From Marsupella aquatica (taxonomy: Eukaryota > Plantae > Marchantiophyta), in contig OZ316897.1 in NCBI GenBank assembly GCA_973895155.1, positions 23,606,518 through 23,634,625 of the forward strand: a stretch of 28,108 nt of DNA. Direction: 5' to 3'. The position numbers were made by a program, and so were the translations under genes. Under the pieces are notes generated by a model that made no database searches, was not told the DNA's origin, and worked only from the letters and a program-made list of their open reading frames with translations. Each line of letters starts with the position of its first letter. The stretch's first letter is position 1. Below are positions 1 to 8,200 of the stretch, one piece after another.

Positions 1-424
1 CCCCCATGGAACCCCTCCCCCTCCCTCACCCCCTGCTCGTTACACCCCCAATGCTACAGTAGGGTTGCACACGCCCCCATGTGCACGCACCCCCAAAACT
101 GGGGGCCACCCTCACCCTCAACCCCCATGGAACCCCTCCCCCACCCTCACCCCCAGCTCGTTACACCCCCAATGCTCAATTAGGGTTGCACAGGCCCCCA
201 TGTGCACGCACCCCCAAAACTGGGGGCCACCCTCACCCTCAACCCCCATGGAACCCCTCCCCCACCCTCACCCCCAGCTCGTTACACCCCCAAAAGCTAC
301 AGTAGGGTGGCACTCGCCCCCTGGTACACGCACCCCGAAAATTGCGGGGTACCCCCACCCCTAGCCCCTCCAAAATGCGCACACAACAAACTGGGGGTCA
401 AACTCACCCCCAATATTCAATAAT

Positions 425-451
425 CATACCAGTACTTAAAAAACTGGTATG
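425..451. other. Perfect inverted repeat, 9-bp arms with 9-nt loop, one per module
   Basis: CATACCAGT-acttaaaaa-ACTGGTATG, followed by the palindrome CACATGTG (453-460). Confidence 0.9.
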
Positions 452-479
452 CCACATGTGAAAACTGGGGATGACACTG

Positions 480-520
480 TAAACCCTAAACCATAAACCC
501 TAAACCCTAAACGCTAACCC
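480..520 (-). repeat. Short interstitial plant-type telomeric tract (TTTAGGG-like on minus strand), one per module
   Basis: TAAACCC TAAACCA TAAACCC TAAACCC TAAACGC TAACCC: 3 perfect heptamers, 2 single-mismatch heptamers and one hexamer. Contains AAACCCTA (telo-box) three times. Confidence 0.9.
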
Positions 521-534
521 TTTTTTTTCTTTTT
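521..534 (+). other. T-tract (T8-C-T5) directly after the telomeric tract, one per module
   Basis: TTTTTTTTCTTTTT seen directly; function unknown. Confidence 0.85.
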
Positions 535-549
535 GCTATACTTGTCAAA

Positions 550-601
550 AAAACGTGCTAGGCGAGCACGTAACGTTCCAAAACGTGCTATTTGCGCAAA
601 T
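550..601. other. ACGTGCT direct/inverted repeat cluster ending in a 12-bp palindrome, one per module
   Basis: AAAACGTGCTA at 550-560 and 580-590, inverted AGCACGT at 565-571, AACGTT at 572-577 and ATTTGCGCAAAT at 590-601. Confidence 0.9.
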
Positions 602-729
602 CCACCAAAATGAAACGTTTTACCAATACTTTAAAAAAGTCAAAATTACATAAAAAGCCAACTACTCGTACCCCTAGTTGTGATCACCTCGTCGCGATAG
701 GAGCGTGGACTCACTCCTAGTATGCATAC

Positions 730-752
730 ATTGGGGGTGATTCACCCCCAAT
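730..752. other. 23-bp near-perfect palindrome (11-bp arms, 1-nt centre), one per module
   Basis: ATTGGGGGTGA-T-TCACCCCCAAT. Confidence 0.92.
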
Positions 753-773
753 CTTGACCATCCTCACCCCCAA

Positions 774-1827
774 TGCACGCACCCCCAAAACTGGGGGCCA
801 CCCTCACCCTCAACCCCCATGGAACCCCTCCCCCACCCTCACCCCCAGCTCGTTACACCCCCAATGCTACATTAGGGTTGCACACGCCCCCATGTGCACG
901 CACCCCCAAAATTGGGGGCCACCCTCACCCTCAACCCCCATGGAACCCCTCCCCTCCCTCACCCCCAGCTCGTTACACCCCCAATGCTCAATTAGGGTTG
1001 CACACGCCCCCATGTGCACGCACCCCCAAAACTGGGGGCCACCCTCACCCTCAACCCCCATGGAACCCCTCCCCCTCCCTCACCCCCTGCTCGTTACACC
1101 CCCAATGCTACAGTAGGGTTGCACACGCCCCCATGTGCACGCACCCCCAAAACTGGGGGCCACCCTCACCCTCAACCCCCATGGAACCCCTCCCCCACCC
1201 TCACCCCCAGCTCGTTACACCCCCAATGCTCAATTAGGGTTGCACAGGCCCCCATGTGCACGCACCCCCAAAACTGGGGGCCACCCTCACCCTCAACCCC
1301 CATGGAACCCCTCCCCCACCCTCACCCCCAGCTCGTTACACCCCCAAAAGCTACAGTAGGGTGGCACTCGCCCCCTGGTACACGCACCCCGAAAATTGCG
1401 GGGTACCCCCACCCCTAGCCCCTCCAAAATGCGCACACAACAAACTCGGGGTCAAACTCACCCCCAATATTCAATAATCATACCAGTACTTAAAAAACTG
1501 GTATGCCACATGTGAAAACTGGGGATGACACTGTAAACCCTAAACCATAAACCCTAAACCCTAAACGCTAACCCTTTTTTTTCTTTTTGCTATACTTGTC
1601 AAAAAAACGTGCTAGGCGAGCACGTAACGTTCCAAAACGTGCTATTTGCGCAAATCCACCAAAATGAAACGTTTTACCAATACTTTAAAAAAGTCAAAAT
1701 TACATAAAAAGCCAACTACTCGTACCCCTAGTTGTGATCACCTCGTCGCGATAGGAGCGTGGACTCACTCCTAGTATGCATACATTGGGGGTGATTCACC
1801 CCCAATCTTGACCATCCTCACCCCCAA
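774..1827 (+). repeat. Higher-order unit A (5 monomers + module, 1054 bp)
   Basis: m2 AAAATT, m3 CCCCCTGC/TACAGT, m4 CACAGG. One C is missing near 951 and the module has the C allele at 1447. Confidence 0.93.
801..846 (-). other. Potential G-quadruplex (minus strand) / i-motif (plus strand) motif in every monomer
   Basis: CCC-tca-CCC-tcaa-CCCCC-atggaa-CCCC-t-CCCCC-a-CCC-tca-CCCCC: seven C-runs of 3 or more with loops of 1-6 nt. Folding itself is not demonstrated. Confidence 0.7.
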
Positions 1828-3846
1828 TGCACGCACCCCCAAAACTGGGGGCCACCCTCACCCTCAACCCCCATGGAACCCCTCCCCCCACCCTCACCCC
1901 CAGCTCGTTACACCCCCAATGCTACATTAGGGTTGCACAGGCCCCCATGTGCACGCACCCCCAAAACTGGGGGCCATCCTCACCCTCAACCCCCATGGAA
2001 CCCCTCCCCCACCCTCACCCCCAGCTCGTTACACCCCCAATGCTCAATTAGGGTTGCACACGCCCCCATGTGCACGCACCCCCAAAACTGGGGGCCACCC
2101 TCACCCTCACCCCCATGGAACCCCTCCCCCACCCTCACCCCCAGCTCGTTACACCCCAATGCTCAATTAGGGTTGCACACGCCCCCATGTGCACGCACCC
2201 CCAAAACTGGGGGCCATCCTCACCCTCAACCCCCATGGAACCCCTCCCCCACCCTCACCCCCAGCTCGTTACACCCCCAATGCTCAATTAGGGTTGCACA
2301 CGCCCCCATGTGCACGCACCCCCAAAACTGGGGGCCCACCCTCACCCTCAACCCCCATGGAACCCTCCCCCACCCTCACCCCCAGCTCGTTACACCCCCA
2401 ATGCTACAGTAGGGTTGCACACGCCCCCATGTGCACGCACCCCCAAAATTGGGGGCCACCCTCACCCTCAACCCCCATGGAACCCCTCCCCTCCCTCACC
2501 CCCAGCTCGTTACACCCCCAATGCTCAATTAGGGTTGCACACGCCCCCATGTGCACGCACCCCCAAAACTGGGGGCCACCCTCACCCTCAACCCCCATGG
2601 AACCCCTCCCCCTCCCTCACCCCCTGCTCGTTACACCCCCAATGCTACAGTAGGGTGCACACGCCCCCATGTGCACGCACCCCCAAAACTGGGGGCCACC
2701 CTCACCCTCAACCCCCATGGAACCCCTCCCCCTCCCTCACCCCCAGCTCGTTACACCCCCAATGCTCAATTAGGGTTGCACACGCCCCCATGTGCACGCA
2801 CCCCCAAAACTGGGGGCCACCCTCACCCTCAACCCCCATGGAACCCCTCCCCACCCTCACCCCCAGCTCGTTACACCCCCAATGCTCAATTAGGGTTGCA
2901 CACGCCCCCATGTGCACGCACCCCCAAAACTGGGGGCCATCCTCACCCTCAACCCCCATGGAACCCCTCCCCCACCCTCACCCCCAGCTCGTTACACCCC
3001 CAATGCTCAATTAGGGTTGCACACGCCCCCATGTGCACGCACCCCCAAAACTGGGGGCCACCCTCACCCTCAACCCCCATGGAACCCCTCCCCCACCCTC
3101 ACCCCCAGCTCGTTACACCCCCAATGCTACAGTAGGGTTGCACACGCCCCCATGTGCACGCACCCCCAAAACTGGGGGCCATCCTCACCCTCAACCCCCA
3201 TGGAACCCCTCCCCCACCCTCACCCCCAGCTCGTTACACCCCCAATGCTCAATTAGGGTTGCACACGCCCCCATGTGCACGCACCCCCAAAACTGGGGGC
3301 CACCCTCACCCTCAACCCCCATGGAACCCCTCCCCCACCCTCACCCCCAGCTCGTTACACCCCCAAAAGCTACAGTAGGGTGGCACTCGCCCCCTGGTAC
3401 ACGCACCCCGAAAATTGCGGGGTACCCCCACCCCTAGCCCCTCCAAAATGCGCACACAACAAACTCGGGGTCAAACTCACCCCCAATATTCAATAATCAT
3501 ACCAGTACTTAAAAAACTGGTATGCCACATGTGAAAACTGGGGATGACACTGTAAACCCTAAACCATAAACCCTAAACCCTAAACGCTAACCCTTTTTTT
3601 TCTTTTTGCTATACTTGTCAAAAAAACGTGCTAGGCGAGCACGTAACGTTCCAAAACGTGCTATTTGCGCAAATCCACCAAAATGAAACGTTTTACCAAT
3701 ACTTTAAAAAAGTCAAAATTACATAAAAAGCCAACTACTCGTACCCCTAGTTGTGATCACCTCGTCGCGATAGGAGCGTGGACTCACTCCTAGTATGCAT
3801 ACATTGGGGGTGATTCACCCCCAATCTTGACCATCCTCACCCCCAA
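1828..3846 (+). repeat. Higher-order unit L (13 monomers + module, 2019 bp)
   Basis: 13 monomers, with eight 1-bp indels (net -4) relative to the other L units. Confidence 0.93.
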
Positions 3847-4901
3847 TGCACGCACCCCCAAAACTGGGGGCCACCCTCACCCTCAACCCCCATGGAACCC
3901 CTCCCCCACCCTCACCCCCAGCTCGTTACACCCCCAATGCTACATTAGGGTTGCACACGCCCCCATGTGCACGCACCCCCAAAATTGGGGGCCACCCTCA
4001 CCCTCAACCCCCATGGAACCCCTCCCCCTCCCTCACCCCCAGCTCGTTACACCCCCAATGCTCAATTAGGGTTGCACACGCCCCCATGTGCACGCACCCC
4101 CAAAACTGGGGGCCACCCTCACCCTCAACCCCCATGGAACCCCTCCCCCTCCCTCACCCCCTGCTCGTTACACCCCCAATGCTACAGTAGGGTTGCACAC
4201 GCCCCCATGTGCACGCACCCCCAAAACTGGGGGCCACCCTCACCCTCAACCCCCATGGAACCCCTCCCCCACCCTCACCCCCAGCTCGTTACACCCCCAA
4301 TGCTCAATTAGGGTTGCACAGGCCCCCATGTGCACGCACCCCCAAAACTGGGGGCCACCCTCACCCTCAACCCCCATGGAACCCCTCCCCCACCCTCACC
4401 CCCAGCTCGTTACACCCCCAAAAGCTACAGTAGGGTGGCACTCGCCCCCTGGTACACGCACCCCGAAAATTGCGGGGTACCCCCACCCCTAGCCCCTCCA
4501 AAATGCGCACACAACAAACTGGGGGTCAAACTCACCCCCAATATTCAATAATCATACCAGTACTTAAAAAACTGGTATGCCACATGTGAAAACTGGGGAT
4601 GACACTGTAAACCCTAAACCATAAACCCTAAACCCTAAACGCTAACCCTTTTTTTTCTTTTTGCTATACTTGTCAAAAAAACGTGCTAGGCGAGCACGTA
4701 ACGTTCCAAAACGTGCTATTTGCGCAAATCCACCAAAATGAAACGTTTTACCAATACTTTAAAAAAGTCAAAATTACATAAAAAGCCAACTACTCGTACC
4801 CCTAGTTGTGATCACCTCGTCGCGATAGGAGCGTGGACTCACTCCTAGTATGCATACATTGGGGGTGATTCACCCCCAATCTTGACCATCCTCACCCCCA
4901 A
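3847..4901. mobile_element. Possible non-autonomous transposon-derived unit with internal tandem repeats (family unresolved; representative unit)
   Basis: Inference from architecture only: a conserved hairpin-rich module with a telomere-like microsatellite, plus a variable-number internal array. No transposase, no paired TIRs and no flanks visible. Confidence 0.3.
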
Positions 4902-5143
4902 TGCACGCACCCCCAAAACTGGGGGCCACCCTCACCCTCAACCCCCATGGAACCCCTCCCCCACCCTCACCCCCAGCTCGTTACACCCCCAATGCTACAT
5001 TAGGGTTGCACAGGCCCCCATGTGCACGCACCCCCAAAACTGGGGGCCATCCTCACCCTCAACCCCCATGGAACCCCTCCCCCACCCTCACCCCCAGCTC
5101 GTTACACCCCCAATGCTCAATTAGGGTTGCACACGCCCCCATG

Positions 5144-5264
5144 TGCACGCACCCCCAAAACTGGGGGCCACCCTCACCCTCAACCCCCATGGAACCCCTC
5201 CCCCACCCTCACCCCCAGCTCGTTACACCCCCAATGCTCAATTAGGGTTGCACACGCCCCCATG
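5144..5264 (+). repeat. 121-bp satellite monomer (representative consensus copy; about 154 copies in window)
   Basis: TGCACGCACCCCCAAAACTGGGGGCCACCCTCACCCTCAACCCCCATGGAACCCCTCCCCCACCCTCACCCCCAGCTCGTTACACCCCCAATGCTCAATTAGGGTTGCACACGCCCCCATG. The 121-bp period matches the ORF-track starts. Variable sites: AAAAC/TT, GCCAC/TC, CCCCCA/TCCC, CCCCCA/TGC, TCAATT/TACAGT/TACATT, CACAC/GG. Confidence 0.98.
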
Positions 5265-8200
5265 TGCACGCACCCCCAAAACTGGGGGCCATCCTCACCC
5301 TCAACCCCCATGGAACCCCTCCCCCACCCTCACCCCCAGCTCGTTACACCCCCAATGCTCAATTAGGGTTGCACACGCCCCCATGTGCACGCACCCCCAA
5401 AACTGGGGGCCACCCTCACCCTCAACCCCCATGGAACCCCTCCCCCACCCTCACCCCCAGCTCGTTACACCCCCAAAAGCTACAGTAAGGTGGCACTCGC
5501 CCCCTGGTACACGCACCCCGAAAATTGCGGGGTACCCCCACCCCTAGCCCCTCCAAAATGCGCACACAACAAACTCGGGGTCAAACTCACCCCCAATATT
5601 CAATAATCATACCAGTACTTAAAAAACTGGTATGCCACATGTGAAAACTGGGGATGACACTGTAAACCCTAAACCATAAACCCTAAACCCTAAACGCTAA
5701 CCCTTTTTTTTCTTTTTGCTATACTTGTCAAAAAAACGTGCTAGGCGAGCACGTAACGTTCCAAAACGTGCTATTTGCGCAAATCCACCAAAATGAAACG
5801 TTTTACCAATACTTTAAAAAAGTCAAAATTACATAAAAAGCCAACTACTCGTACCCCTAGTTGTGATCACCTCGTCGCGATAGGAGCGTGGACTCACTCC
5901 TAGTATGCATACATTGGGGGTGATTCACCCCCAATCTTGACCATCCTCACCCCCAATGCACGCACCCCCAAAACTGGGGGCCACCCTCACCCTCAACCCC
6001 CATGGAACCCCTCCCCCACCCTCACCCCCAGCTCGTTACACCCCCAATGCTACATTAGGGTTGCACACGCCCCCATGTGCACGCACCCCCAAAATTGGGG
6101 GCCACCCTCACCCTCAACCCCCATGGAACCCCTCCCCCTCCCTCACCCCCAGCTCGTTACACCCCCAATGCTCAATTAGGGTTGCACACGCCCCCATGTG
6201 CACGCACCCCCAAAACTGGGGGCCACCCTCACCCTCAACCCCCATGGAACCCCTCCCCCTCCCTCACCCCCTGCTCGTTACACCCCCAATGCTACAGTAG
6301 GGTTGCACACGCCCCCATGTGCACGCACCCCCAAAACTGGGGGCCACCCTCACCCTCAACCCCCATGGAACCCCTCCCCCACCCTCACCCCCAGCTCGTT
6401 ACACCCCCAATGCTCAATTAGGGTTGCACAGGCCCCCATGTGCACGCACCCCCAAAACTGGGGGCCACCCTCACCCTCAACCCCCATGGAACCCCTCCCC
6501 CACCCTCACCCCCAGCTCGTTACACCCCCAAAAGCTACAGTAGGGTGGCACTCGCCCCCTGGTACACGCACCCCGAAAATTGCGGGGTACCCCCACCCCT
6601 AGCCCCTCCAAAATGCGCACACAACAAACTGGGGGTCAAACTCACCCCCAATATTCAATAATCATACCAGTACTTAAAAAACTGGTATGCCACATGTGAA
6701 AACTGGGGATGACACTGTAAACCCTAAACCATAAACCCTAAACCCTAAACGCTAACCCTTTTTTTTCTTTTTGCTATACTTGTCAAAAAAACGTGCTAGG
6801 CGAGCACGTAACGTTCCAAAACGTGCTATTTGCGCAAATCCACCAAAATGAAACGTTTTACCAATACTTTAAAAAAGTCAAAATTACATAAAAAGCCAAC
6901 TACTCGTACCCCTAGTTGTGATCACCTCGTCGCGATAGGAGCGTGGACTCACTCCTAGTATGCATACATTGGGGGTGATTCACCCCCAATCTTGACCATC
7001 CTCACCCCCAATGCACGCACCCCCAAAACTGGGGGCCACCCTCACCCTCAACCCCCATGGAACCCCTCCCCCACCCTCACCCCCAGCTCGTTACACCCCC
7101 AATGCTACATTAGGGTTGCACAGGCCCCCATGTGCACGCACCCCCAAAACTGGGGGCCATCCTCACCCTCAACCCCCATGGAACCCCTCCCCCACCCTCA
7201 CCCCCAGCTCGTTACACCCCCAATGCTCAATTAGGGTTGCACACGCCCCCATGTGCACGCACCCCCAAAACTGGGGGCCACCCTCACCCTCAACCCCCAT
7301 GGAACCCCTCCCCCACCCTCACCCCCAGCTCGTTACACCCCCAATGCTCAATTAGGGTTGCACACGCCCCCATGTGCACGCACCCCCAAAACTGGGGGCC
7401 ATCCTCACCCTCAACCCCCATGGAACCCCTCCCCCACCCTCACCCCCAGCTCGTTACACCCCCAATGCTCAATTAGGGTTGCACACGCCCCCATGTGCAC
7501 GCACCCCCAAAACTGGGGGCCACCCTCACCCTCAACCCCCATGGAACCCCTCCCCCACCCTCACCCCCAGCTCGTTACACCCCCAAAAGCTACAGTAAGG
7601 TGGCACTCGCCCCCTGGTACACGCACCCCGAAAATTGCGGGGTACCCCCACCCCTAGCCCCTCCAAAATGCGCACACAACAAACTCGGGGTCAAACTCAC
7701 CCCCAATATTCAATAATCATACCAGTACTTAAAAAACTGGTATGCCACATGTGAAAACTGGGGATGACACTGTAAACCCTAAACCATAAACCCTAAACCC
7801 TAAACGCTAACCCTTTTTTTTCTTTTTGCTATACTTGTCAAAAAAACGTGCTAGGCGAGCACGTAACGTTCCAAAACGTGCTATTTGCGCAAATCCACCA
7901 AAATGAAACGTTTTACCAATACTTTAAAAAAGTCAAAATTACATAAAAAGCCAACTACTCGTACCCCTAGTTGTGATCACCTCGTCGCGATAGGAGCGTG
8001 GACTCACTCCTAGTATGCATACATTGGGGGTGATTCACCCCCAATCTTGACCATCCTCACCCCCAATGCACGCACCCCCAAAACTGGGGGCCACCCTCAC
8101 CCTCAACCCCCATGGAACCCCTCCCCCACCCTCACCCCCAGCTCGTTACACCCCCAATGCTACATTAGGGTTGCACACGCCCCCATGTGCACGCACCCCC

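Larger units (their letters stand above)
1..773 (+). repeat. Partial higher-order unit, subtype A
   Basis: Starts inside the CCCCCTGC/TACAGT monomer, then the CACAGG monomer, the terminal monomer and the module. Confidence 0.85.
324..773 (+). repeat. 450-bp conserved module (first of 21 copies)
   Basis: Other copies start at 1378, 3397, 4452, 5507, 6562, 7617, 8672, 9727, 10782, 12805, 13860, 15883, 17906, 18961, 20016, 22039, 23094, 24149, 26172 and 27227. By eye the copies are identical except one G/C site (position 393 equivalent). Confidence 0.97.

Noticed and set aside
449-534. Telomerase-RNA-like Pol III gene (CCACAT USE-like motif, CTAAACCCT template, T-run terminator)
   Set aside because: The match to the plant USE is poor, there is no TATA box at the expected spacing, there are multiple repeats rather than about 1.5 template copies, and the T-run follows immediately.
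480-534. Herpesvirus a-like sequence (telomeric repeats with pac signals)
   Set aside because: The repeats are heptameric rather than TTAGGG arrays, and there is no pac2 CGCGGCG motif or viral gene.
324-773. 5S rRNA, tRNA, snRNA or spliced-leader gene in a tandem gene array
   Set aside because: The unit size and T-tract fit such arrays, but I recognise no 5S, tRNA cloverleaf or snRNA sequence on either strand. An Infernal/Rfam scan would be decisive.
794-801. TCP-like site (GTGGNCCC on minus strand) in monomers and ACGTG cores in the module as promoter elements
   Set aside because: These are short motifs expected by chance in this composition, and there is no gene to regulate.
774-1827. 45S rDNA intergenic spacer subrepeats with spacer promoters
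   Set aside because: No rRNA sequence in 28 kb and no TATATAGGG-type plant Pol I initiation motif.
867-2959. Three minus-strand Gly-rich ORFs
   Set aside because: They exist only where 1-bp indels (likely errors) shift the frame.
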